Assembly: GCF_037042905.1 (NCBI RefSeq)
Contig: NC_087251.1
Location: 20,956,001 to 21,020,000, forward strand
Source: Lytechinus pictus
Lineage: Eukaryota
Reading direction: 5' to 3'
Length of the DNA: 64,000 bases
Below the pieces are notes generated by a model that ran no database searches, had not been told where the DNA came from, and saw only the letters and a list, made by a program, of their open reading frames with translations. Below are positions 37,873-49,247 of this stretch, piece after piece; the first letter of the stretch is position 1; each line of letters begins with the position of its first letter. The translations under genes were made by a program, and so were the position numbers.

Positions 37873-40800
37873 ACATTCTAAGTGTGTACATTTTATCAAT
37901 CTTAATTTTGTAGAATTTCAATAATACACATATCAAATACCAAAAATATATTCAATGTTTATTCTTTAATCGTCTTAACATAACTTTAAAACTTCATAAC
38001 GCTTTATAGATATATCATTTTGAACGGTAGAAAGTGATTCAATTTCCCTTCTGCATGTTAATCTAATTTTTCTTTAATATTTGCTCTAATAGAATGAAGT
38101 ATGGGTAAAGAAGCTGTTTAAAAAAAACTTGTATGCAAGATTCTTTTCACTACAAAAAAATCAATGAATTCATAATTTCCGCGAAAGTCAATTTCTGTCG
38201 ATTGTTTTTTTTTCCTTGTTGGATTGTTCTTGGTACCACTTATCGAGCATTGAACCTATTATTTGTGTGCTAGTATATCACACGCATTTGTCATCTTCCC
38301 CTGCAAGCTCCCCCTGGTATCACTCTGCCAAAAGTTTAGCCTATTCTGAAATTATCCGGAAAGACCCTATGAGTCAGTAAACTGGTACTTTAAAATTCGA
38401 TTTACGAGTAGAGACGCTTTTTGCCTTTTTTGTTTCTGAAAATTTGAAGGCAATCCATACATGGATATGGTATATGTCATTGTATTAACATTTTATGCAT
38501 ACACGGTTACACAGTGTGCTTGTTAATATCATTGCGTCCACTAAAGGTATTGGTTCAGACTTAGTAAATCCCTTATAAAAGTCTACCAGAATCATTGATT
38601 ATTTTTAACATTTGTCTTTGTTGCCAAAGACCAGTTAGGTATTTGACACGTTGACAAAATCAACGGGTCATCCGCATGAAAGAGACAAATCAACCTCGTG
38701 TCTCTTAAAGTACAATGCCACAAAAATAACGAATAAAATAGAACAATGCTAACAATGTCAACAGTCACCACATATGGGCTTTCAAGCTATACATCTTTTC
38801 CATAAACTCAGGTTAGAAGTTTGTTATATGGGCCTACTTTGCACCCAACACGGGATGTTCACAAAGTAGACGGAAGATTGCAAGACTTAAAAATTACAAC
38901 AGTGTGCTGCTATTCTGTTAATTTATTTTACTTGACTAAATAACGTACAGGAACGGCTTTTTTCCCCCATTTTTGGGGGGTCTTCGACTTCCTGTATCCT
39001 GTGAATACACTACAAAGATGGAACACCTTGCATGCATGGGGAAGCAAAACCAACATCGATGGACCCTTCTGACCTAGTTTGAGAGGCAATTTTTAAAATA
39101 CGCCTAAGATACGACAATAATTTGTACACTTACACAGCAACCCACCCGATTCATTCCCCTTGTTATTCTCTTCTTAGTTTGGGAGCCACCAGTAATTACC
39201 GACATGAGAGGGTTTTCAATATCAATTAATATATTAATTATAATTTAATTCCACATTTGACAAAAATAAATCTGCACACTTTAATAATTTCTGTATCGTC
39301 AATGATCTTTGTCTATTTTCATTCTATTTAGCAGTATCGAATCTGGAGTGAGCTCTTATATAAATATTTTGAAGGTCTGAAGGTCAAATTCAATTACAAA
39401 TGTACTCTAACTACCGAACTAATATAATTTTCATATCATTATACAAATCATAATCATACTAAAAATTAATTCCAAAATATTTTTGGTGACTTAAAACAAT
39501 AAATACCTGTTGTTGCAGTTCAAAACATTTATAAACAGTGTTAAACTCGATAATGTTAATTGGAATCTTTGCTCAATAGTATAGTGTTATGTACAAATAG
39601 TGCTTTCATAAATGGAATACAATGCAATGTATGTATATCAATCATGAAGCAGTGAGGAAGAGGCAACACCATAACAGTGTCTAGAAATACAAATTTAGGA
39701 GAATTTGATGTATCATTTTTTTAGTCTCAAGCTATATAGCTTACAATAGCGGGATTCTTCGTAATTTTTAATATGTTGACGAGAACTTCTCATATTTCAT
39801 TTCCTACTTTGCGAATTAAATATTCCTATTCACTAAAACCAGATATAATTTTATACCATTTCACTCGGATCAATTTCCCAATTTGCAACTTACACCTTAA
39901 CAACCTTTTTTTCTAATAAAAAATGAAAAGACCGAAGAATAAAGGTAGACATTATTTTAAAACTTTACTTTTTTTATGAAGATAGACAAGCAAAAAAATA
40001 AATCAAAATGTCCTATATTTTAGAGTTAGTAGAGGTCGACAAAATCATAGACGGCGAGAATTTCCTCTATTTCATTGTTGAAGGTGAGAGCAAACTTCTA
40101 AATTTTATTCGATTTTATTGAGGTCGGTACCATACGATAACAGAATTACGCCATCTACGGTCAGAAGTTTTGTACTCGTGGCAATTTTTTTTCGAAGTGA
40201 TGAATTGAATATGATTTTTAAAAGGAAACTAGATTGATAATGGTGCTATATAGTTTATACTATTCACTTGCCCGAATACGAATAAAATATTGACGATCAG
40301 TGCTTATCTTCTACTTATTATACCTTACTATATTAATCTTTATCACCATGACAAATTGTCTTTAACAGAAGTGATTTTTTTTTCAGTACGGAAATACAAA
40401 ACTTGGATACACATTGTCATCCTTTATCCCCTTCTCTCTCTTTAGCTCCCTCTTCTCTTTCTGTCACTCTTTATGTTCCCACTCTCTCATATTTTTTATA
40501 TTGTTGTTCTCTCTCATTCTTTCCCCGTCTATCTCTCTCCCTCTCCTCTATTTCTCGCTCACTCACTGCAAGTAGGCCTACATTTTGGTCCTTTTCAGCT
40601 TTTCGAGATAATCACACCTATTCTCTAGCAAAAGAAAAAAAAAATCCCTTCTTATTCTGCCATGATATTCACGTACAAGACTTTCAGGTAGAAGTGATAC
40701 TTTTTACGCTCATAAGCTCTATTCATGTTTTATGTATGCGTGATTTTAATTCACTTTCTTCTTAGCTTTAATTAAGCGATTTTATATAAATAAATCTCCA

Positions 40801-41498
40801 CACGACCTCTGATCGTACCAATTGTGCCTAAGACTCTCAATGTCACTTTTAGATAACTTTAGAATTCGTCATCTCTAAATGCCCTCTCCCAGCTCGTTTC
40901 ATGAAACTCTTACCTCTCTTAATTCTATTTTCTCTCCTCACCTCCCTTACTTCTCTTCCCTTCCACCATGTGCATCGTCCTTGAGAAAGAATGCTGTATT
41001 TTCATTTTCCTCGACTTTTGACACACTCTATCAGCAAACCAGACACATTGTACTTTCACACGTCACCTCTCTCCATTTGAGCCCCAAAATAAATGTAAAA
41101 CTGTTTTTTTTATTTTTCCAAAACCACTCCCTCTATCTTGCATATCATCCTCGTTTCTTTATGTAATCTTCGATTGTTCAACTATAATCATTCTCTGGCA
41201 ACTCCTTGACTTACACCTGCCTTTCATTACACCTCTGTAATAATTGTATTTATGTCGTAATATCACCTCCCTCATTGGCGAAAGGAGCAAAGATCGCATG
41301 TCTTATGTGCCTCTGTCAGGGCACTCAAAAATGCAAATGGGAATGTATATAAAGAAATAAATTAGATAATTTGAAGGTTTTTTAAGAATACCAGAGTAAC
41401 TTATTGGCACTATAGCCCTGAGCGCTGTATCTCCCTAGATACGTCACTGCTCCCCACCTTCTTTCCACCTCCCCCTTCTCTTAAATTTACCACCTCTT

Positions 41499-41746
41499 CA
41501 CTCGCGGATCCAGGGGGGGGGGGCACATCCGGCCAGTGCCCCCCCCCCTCTTGACAGCCTTAATCAAATTATGCCGTTTTTACGAAAGTGTATCCTCCTT
41601 TTGAAAGTCACAACATATGTTTTTAATGGGAATATGTCGCTCATACACAAGGACCTTTCTTTTTTTGTTCTTTCTTTTTTTTTGCTTGTCAAAATTTTCT
41701 CGGGAATATGCCCCTCTCCCTTTGGAAAATCCTGGATCCGCCCATG
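41499..41746. mobile_element. Small decayed hAT-type MITE
   Basis: TIR CA...GCGGATCCAGG / CCTGGATCCGCCCATG; degenerate 8-bp TSD CACCTCTT / AACGTCTT. Confidence 0.7.
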
Positions 41747-43247
41747 AACGTCTTGTAATCACTCATTTCTCCGTCTGAAATTTCTCGACTCATTTCACAC
41801 TAGTTAACTCCTTATGCAAGATTATTTGATAGTTTCTATTTCGGTCATGTCATTTTCCTAATTCTAACGCTTGATCTGACGTTTTGCTATAGCATTGTTT
41901 TTTCTTTCTCCTTCCTTCTCTCTCTGCTCACTTCATAACACTTCAAATATGTTACAGTGTTGTTTAAAATCGACGGCTCCTCATTATTTGTGTATCCATT
42001 AGAAATATTTCTGTTGTGATTATTTTCTTTTACACATCTCTCACCATTTCCAAATTCCAAAAATCTCTTCTACATTTCATCGAATTTTCCATGTCTTTGC
42101 TTATATTTCTTCAATTTTCAAAATGTTCTAGCACCAACGTTCCCTCATCCCCTCTTATCAACATTCTCCCTCTCTATAACTCTATCTCTGATATTCCCTT
42201 CTGTTTCTCATCTTTGCTTCCATTACATCTCTCTTCACAGTCATTCACATTTAAAAAATGAGTTGTGCCCGTAAGCACGGACTAATTTCAGAAGTTTGTG
42301 TATTTCGGGATCAAGTGAATTAATCGTCATTCCACTACACACGACTTATACTCTGATTTTGGACAACCGTAATTATTATCTGGTTATAGGGCCTATATAT
42401 TTTTTTCAGTTCTCTTTTTGTTCCATTCTAGTTCCATTTAGCTATACCCTCACTCTAATCATCTTTGTACCACAATTCTGATCTAAATATTTTATTTAGT
42501 GGATGATTTGCAGCATATTTTTTCTTCACACTGCCAGTACTCTCTATTACGGTTGAAAAGATTCAATAGCAATACGAAGTACATGCACACAGGCGACTTG
42601 AATGATTTAAGCGCCACACAATTTGCCTCAAGACTCAATAATTATTGATAGATATTACTAGTCAGTAATCATGGTAATAGAGATTTTTAAACACAACTCT
42701 GTAAAATATCACTGTGAATTTGTACAATGACATTTTTACCAATAATTTTCGAACACCTACAGAACTCACATACTCATCCGCGCTTCGTTTTGTATCCTTA
42801 AGCGTTTCTCTCTTCTTTGGTAATCCAACTCACACGAACAAAATTTAGATGTTTTCTATATGAATTATGATAACTGCAGAAATTGTGATTTTCTTCTTGC
42901 ATCTCTGATTCTTTTTGCCTATTTTGCCATTACGACTAATTGTGGATTTGATGTAATTCTGATTGTTGCTCGTTATCCGAGCTTATGTACTGAAAATTAT
43001 TTAACGAAAAGTGTCTTTCTTGTGGAAGTTTCTATCATTATTTTTATCATATAATAATTCTTGTACTCATCATACATCATGTTCATAGGCGTAAAGGTGA
43101 CAGAGAATCTCTTTATCAAAATGTTTTCAGAGACAGTTTCCAAGTAATTATTGCAATTCCATAACGAGATGATCATTCACCATTTAATAATGTTCGCAGA
43201 TGAATGTTCAAGATAATTCATATTCAGTGACGACCAGGGGTGGGGCA

Positions 43248-45010
43248 TGTTACAACCGATAATGTCGCACCAACGCATAATGTCACACCAACGCAACGCA
43301 TAATGTCGCAGATTACGACATTATGCCAAGAGCGTCCAACGCATAATGTCACAGTCAACGCATAATGTCGTAGCTTTTCTACTAACGCATAACGTCGCAA
43401 GTCTTAACGCATAATGTCGCAGCGGTATTCGCTTCTGGACTCGAGTTAAATATAAGACATAAAATATGTTTTATACGGATTAATTTGTGCAAGCTCTGAC
43501 ATCTGAACGCTTTTAAGAGCGTGTTTGATGGGGCAGGTGCAGATGCAGGGGAGGGGGTCAGTATCGAATTCATTGTCAGGAGAAGGGGGCCAGTGGACTT
43601 TGAAAATTTTTAATGTGTGGACTAGTGAAACGCAAGCATACGCATACCACCATTCATCGGTGCATATCGCTATACATGCAATTCAACTTATTTTGCAGGA
43701 GACTAAAGTCATCTAGCTGAAAATAAATACCAATTTAGTTACATTTCATTGTTGTTCATGACATTTAAATAAAGACATCATATTTCGTATTGTTACTCGG
43801 AATGTGCCATCAATATATTAAAAGTTTAGCGCTCGATTCGCGCTCGCATATCTTATACTGGCAAAAACTGCTCAGAATGTTTATTGCTTTGGTCGAAATG
43901 CATCAAATATCCAAAAATGAGCTCGCGCTTCGCGCTCTCATTATCTATTTAGGCAATGTGAGATAGATAGGGTAATTATAAAATGCACTTGAAACTTCAG
44001 TCTTTAGTTGGGACTGCTCCTTCTATAAACCAACAGCAAAAATTTGCTTTTAGCGGCCCATCGGGGAAACATGAATGACAACATTCTGCGCCCCACCCCC
44101 CTTTTGGCGAAATCCCGCTTTATATACTGTATTAGAAACAAGTACATGCGTGCTCAGACCCTGGACTCCAGAAGGGACCCAAAAGTTGGATCCAGCGCCC
44201 AAGTCGCGCTTCACACTCCATTTTGTGAAACATGCAAAATAAATTTTAGTCCACCTCTATCCCTTTTTATTTGCCACCCACCAGTTTTAACATCCTGGTG
44301 CCGCCACTGCTCGGGGGCTCTCGTTATTTTGAAGAGAAACGAAAACAGGTTGTCAATGCATGTAAAATATTGTAAAGCCCAGTTATTTTTATTTTCTTTA
44401 AAGAAATACATATACATACACAGATTTTTTTCTGTGAGGAGGGGATGTGTTCATGTAAAAAATGACTCTAAAGTGATGTTTAGTGATTTCGTGCACATTT
44501 TAGTGAGGTTTGTAAAACTCTTCAGTAAGCAAGGAAGGTTTTCATTTTTTTCCGGGGGGCATTAATTTTGCCCCCTCCCGCTACGTACCAACATGTTATT
44601 AATTTATCACGTGCTCCCCTCTCTACCACGGAGATTTGCATAGGACCAATACTTAAAATGTCATGAACAACGATACAATATTAAATTCTTAAAAAGTGAC
44701 CACTCTTCATCATAATGAATTCAATACTGCCCCCTCCCCTGTATTCACGCCTGTCCTACCAACTTTCAAAAACTTTCAGATGACAGAGCTTAAATGAATT
44801 ACTGATTGAAAACATATCTTATATCTTATCTGCAACTCGATTCCAGAATAAAATACCGCTGCGACATTATGCGTTAAGACTTGCGACGTTATGCGTTAGT
44901 AATTTAAGCTACGACATTATGCGTTGACTGTGACATTATGCCAAAATCATCCAACGCATAATGTCGCAATTGCGACATTAAGCGTCGCTGCGACAGTATC
45001 GGTTGTAACA
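43248..45010. mobile_element. Foldback-type non-autonomous transposon with TGT..ACA ends and 5-bp TSD (Ginger2-like), 1763 bp
   Basis: Ends TGTTACAACCGAT / ATCGGTTGTAACA; TSD GGGCA (43243-43247, 45011-45015); ~7-8 copies of AACGCATAATGTCGC per arm; imperfect inverted similarity extends to ~43770 and ~44650. Confidence 0.9.
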
Positions 45011-45896
45011 GGGCACATCCACAGCCTGAGCCCTCCCATTGAGAGCCATAACAAAAAATATTTGTCATGTTTGTAGTGGAAAATGTCGGACATACGCAAG
45101 TGAAACACTTATTAAAAATATTATTAGGTTTTTTTTTTGCTTGTCAGATTTTTGTCAACAAAATGGTACCCGAATGGAAAATCCCAGATCCACCCCTGTT
45201 TATTCCATTGTGTCAAATACATTCGAGTAAGGTCATCACAATAATTCAATCTTAAATTTACTGCTATACTACAAGGTTTGTCTTTATGTAACACCGGTAT
45301 ACATCGGGAGATATTACACAGGATGGATGGTGATTTGGTATGCACTGCTACTGACCAATTTACGGACCCACTATGTTGACCAACGAGCTTTTCTTATTAT
45401 TTACAGTAGTGGGAAACACTCATTGAATTTGTAGAAAGAAGACGAATATTTCCATGTTGTTAGAAACTTGGTGAATATTTTCAAGACATTTTTTTTCAAG
45501 ATGATATTCAGTCTGGTGGGGCGTGTTTGAAACAGCGAAACGATTACAAGCTTGCTATCACGTGATACATTGGTTCATAGTTTAAGTTTAATGAGTTCTT
45601 TACAGTTTAGACTCATTCTTTCATTGTCGTCCATGTAAACTGGCAACGCATGCGTATCACATGACTTAGTGTTAGTGCACAGAAGCTACGTAACGATGAC
45701 GTCACACATTCGTCGTGATGAAATTGATTGTGAATTCCACAGGTGTTGTCAAGAGCGGAACGCATTAGCATCACATTGTCAACATTTTGTCAGAAAGGGT
45801 TCTTCATTTTTAAAGAAGACCACAACTGTTTCAACTCAGGACAGTCTTTTTTTAAGATAGTGAAACTTAATAAAAAAATCCGTCACACCCTGGCCA

Positions 45897-47261
45897 TTAT
45901 CCACGACACGTCTTACAAGTGAGAATTTTATGAAAACTTGCTCGAAATAATTCGTTGGCGAAAGCGTAGCAGAGTGGGTTGATGGTGCTGTTGATATAAC
46001 AAAGATAATAACTAAAATGATATAGTTCTGCTGGAACACATGTCTCACACCATGCCATAATGATTACCATGGTGGAATACGGACTCCATGTGATAAAGAA
46101 AGCCCCTAAAATGAAGGTCAAAGTACGCGTTGCTTTCCGCTCGCTTCGACTTTGTCTTTCACCGCGCTGTGAACGCGTCCTACGAAAACCTCGCTTACTT
46201 CCACTCATACTTCCCTGATTTCCACGCTTTAACGAACCAACCTTCACCTTGTTATTATTTACTCGCTTTGATTTTGAATCCACTGCATTCCTTGACGACG
46301 CCGACATGGTGCTTTCTGGTCTTCGCTCCGATGACGACGTTTCATCGCTGGAATCGAGACAGCTATCTGCATCTGATTTGTTCCGCTTCACGATGCATTT
46401 GTTTACCCCAACACGAGGCACATCCGGACGCGAACCATCGGCATTGAGACTCGTTGACGTCGTCGTTGTGGTCGTGGTGGTGTAATCTGTGACCATACCT
46501 GGAGCTTCGGTCTCTAGACAGGTGGGCTCCACAGGAGCTATCCTTTGCAGTTGATCAGGGCAAGGACGGGGCAAAGCCGTACTCGGTCGCTTTTCCTTGC
46601 CCTTTTTCTTCCTCTTCGCTAAATTTCTAATGATCCTATAGATGTTCGCGTACATGATAAAAATGGCAATTAGTGGCACCCAGTACACAAATACTGTAGA
46701 TATTGTTACGAAAGAAGGGGAATCCTGCATAAAAGGTAAATAACACTCGCCAGTAGGTCGTGTATCTTCGGTATTTGTGAATTTAGTCCAACCGAGGACG
46801 GATGTGAAATAAAGCAGTAAAGGTAAAACCCATGTTGGAATAATCATTATCACCGCGCGTTGCAGCGTCATTTTGTTCCTGTACCGCGCAGGGCTACGAA
46901 CGGACCACATCCGGTCCGCACTTATAAGTATCAGGTTCAATACAGATACTTCTGAGCATGCGTAGTCTACGGATATCCACAGGTCACAAACAACAGAACC
47001 AAAGGGCCAAGTGCCCATGATGAGGTAGAGGGAATACACGGGCATGGAGAAAAGGCCGATGATAAGATCGGCAGCCGCAAGGCTTAGTAAGAAGTAGTTG
47101 CTGGGTTTATGCAGACGACGTTCAATACGGAAGGCCAACATGACGAGGATGTTGCCGCCGATGGTGAGTCCTTGGCTGAGAAGGGCGAAAAAACATATGA
47201 ACACCAGCGAAGTGGTCGAGTGAGGTAACCCACTACCCTCCGTAGAATTCACACTGTCCAT
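45897..47261 (-). CDS. Muscarinic acetylcholine receptor-like class A GPCR, intronless CDS, 454 aa
   Basis: 7 TM; GNILV, NYFLLSLAAADLIIG, CDLWISVDY (D3.32), DRM, ERKATRTL, WSPY, LCYINSTINPLCYA; long Ser/Thr/basic ICL3. Splice acceptor (ttccatgcag) ~14 nt upstream of the ATG implies a 5'UTR intron. Confidence 0.9.
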   Translation of the reverse strand: MDSVNSTEGSGLPHSTTSLVFICFFALLSQGLTIGGNILVMLAFRIERRLHKPSNYFLLSLAAADLIIGLFSMPVYSLYLIMGTWPFGSVVCDLWISVDYACSEVSVLNLILISADRMWSVRSPARYRNKMTLQRAVIMIIPTWVLPLLLYFTSVLGWTKFTNTEDTRPTGECYLPFMQDSPSFVTISTVFVYWVPLIAIFIMYANIYRIIRNLAKRKKKGKEKRPSTALPRPCPDQLQRIAPVEPTCLETEAPGMVTDYTTTTTTTTSTSLNADGSRPDVPRVGVNKCIVKRNKSDADSCLDSSDETSSSERRPESTMSASSRNAVDSKSKRVNNNKVKVGSLKRGNQGSMSGSKRGFRRTRSQRGERQSRSERKATRTLTFILGAFFITWSPYSTMVIIMAWCETCVPAELYHFSYYLCYINSTINPLCYAFANELFRASFHKILTCKTCRG

Positions 47262-47371
47262 CTCTGCCGTGGTCCTGCATGGAAATATAAAAAGAAGACG
47301 ATAATGAGTACAAACTTAGGTAAAGAAAATGATCTATCATCTCAAAGACTGATGTGATAATATGACACCTG

Positions 47372-47528
47372 GGGGGCGTTTCATCAACATTTTTGTCCGA
47401 CAAGATGTCAGACCTGACATCTTTCCTTGATTTTGATTGGCTGATAAGCAATGTTACTATGGTAACTGTCGGATAAAATGGGACTTGTCGGATAAAACGT
47501 CCGACAAGTCCTTTCATGAAACGCTCCC
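47372..47528. mobile_element. Harbinger-like MITE, 157 bp
   Basis: TIR GGG(G/A)GCGTTTCAT; flanks CTG / CAG; internal TGTCCGACAAG inverted motifs. Confidence 0.82.
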
Positions 47529-47930
47529 CAGATAGACAAATCCTTTTCGTCAACCAACAGTGGTTCTTATCTGAGCATGTTTAGAAGAGACCGTTGCTTC
47601 CTATTCAAAGCCCTTGATGTTTTTAAGGTAAATCTTCGCCAGAGCACGAAATTTTGTCACGTGAATATCTGCTCTCATGAATATTCCGATAAACTGTTAA
47701 ATGGTTCTTGAAGAGGAATGTAGCCGTCTCATGAACGATCTCAATCTTATACAGACAACTGGTCATGACGACAAAAATATTTTATATCGTGTTAAGATTC
47801 TATCAACTGCGAAGGAAATTCAACCTGTTCCACGACTTTCGTGTTAAACTCTGACAGATCTAAGCGTAATGGAAATTAAGAGCATCACCAAGATTTTCTT
47901 ACATCACGATCATTGTTAACATAAAACCTG

Positions 47931-49247
47931 GGGCCCGTTGCACAAAACTTAGCAATGATCGTAGACATTTTTCTACGATTGATTCCATTGACTACAATGT
48001 ACAATCAATCGTGAAAATCAAGCGTACGATCAATCGCTAACGTTTGTGTTAAGCCCCTTTCACAATTGACGTACGACCTGTTTACGACCACCTGCAACAG
48101 TTTTTTCTTGTTGTTGCACGATCAATCCCTTGGTGTCTTGCGAGCACTCGCAGTCGTTGTAGACGATCGCACAAACTAGAGGTGGTCGGAGGTGATCGTG
48201 ACTGGTCGCATCTGAACTTTGAACATGTTCAAAATCCAAACGCGATCAAATACGATTGATTCACTCGCAACAGGTCGTACCATCGGTCGGGCGATCATCG
48301 TGTGAGTGTTGTTCAACGTTGTACGACTTGGTGCGAGAGGTGGCACAACTAAGTATAGTCGCATTTAGTCGACTGGAGGTCGTACAACACTTGCACATGT
48401 GCTGGAGACCTACAGAGACCAGTCTTGCGACTGGGTGCGATAATATGAGACTGTTGCAAGACCGATCGAAATTACGGCTTACTACATTCCACTACCGTTG
48501 CATTCGCATGTATGCGACCGTTCAGCCCCTTTCACAATTGACGTCCGACCAGTTTACGACCGCCTGCAACAGTTTTTTCTTGTTGTTGCACGATCGATCT
48601 CTTGGTGTCTTGCGAGCACTCGCAGTCGTTGTAGACGGTCGCACGAACTCGAGGTGGTCGTGGCTGGTCACATCTGAACTTTGAACATGTTCAAAATCCG
48701 AACGCGATCAAATACGATCGATTCACTCGCATCAGGCCGTACCCGGGGTCGTACCATCGGTCGGGCGATCATCGTGCGAGTGTTGTTCAACGTTGTACGA
48801 CTTGGTGCGAGAGGTGGCACAACTAAGTAGTCGCATTTACTTGACTGGAGGTCGTGCAACACTTGCACATGTGCAAGCGACCTACATGTACAGAGACCTG
48901 TCTTGCGACTGGTTGCGATAATAATATGGGCCATAAGACTGTTGCAAGACCGATCGCAACGGCTTACAACATTGCACTACCATTTCATTCGCATGTATGC
49001 GACCGTTCCACTCGCAATCCCTCGTGCAACACTCGCATGTGATCGCACGAGCACAATAAGAGCATATGCGACTTACTCGTGCAACGGGGTTTACTGGTTG
49101 TTTTTGTTGTACGACAGCTGTTGCAACTGTGAAAGCCTCTGTGCGATCTTATGAGATGACTAGCGATTGATGCCTGTTGCAGCCTGTCGCACGACCAAAA
49201 GGTCGCAAATGGTCGTACGTCAATTGTGAAAGGGGCTTTACGGGACC
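47931..49247. mobile_element. Family B MITE (TSD CTG) split by a nested insertion
   Basis: 47931-48051 plus 49241-49247 reconstitute the family B element; CTG at 47928-47930 and 49248-49250. Confidence 0.85.
48052..49237. mobile_element. PIF/Harbinger-type non-autonomous element with duplicated left part
   Basis: Perfect 27-bp TIR AGCCCCTTTCACAATTGACGTACGACC; TSD TTA (48049-48051, 49238-49240); second left end at 48524. Confidence 0.92.

Noticed and set aside
43258-43420. Repeated 15-mers resembling a CRISPR array
   Set aside because: Spacers are too short and irregular, repeats are mirrored at the other end of a TSD-flanked element, and the context is eukaryotic with no cas genes.
48176-49154. 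ORFs of 60-140 aa inside the Harbinger-like element, and the 173-aa ORF at 44044-44565
   Set aside because: No transposase, Myb/SANT or integrase motifs; chance ORFs in non-autonomous elements.
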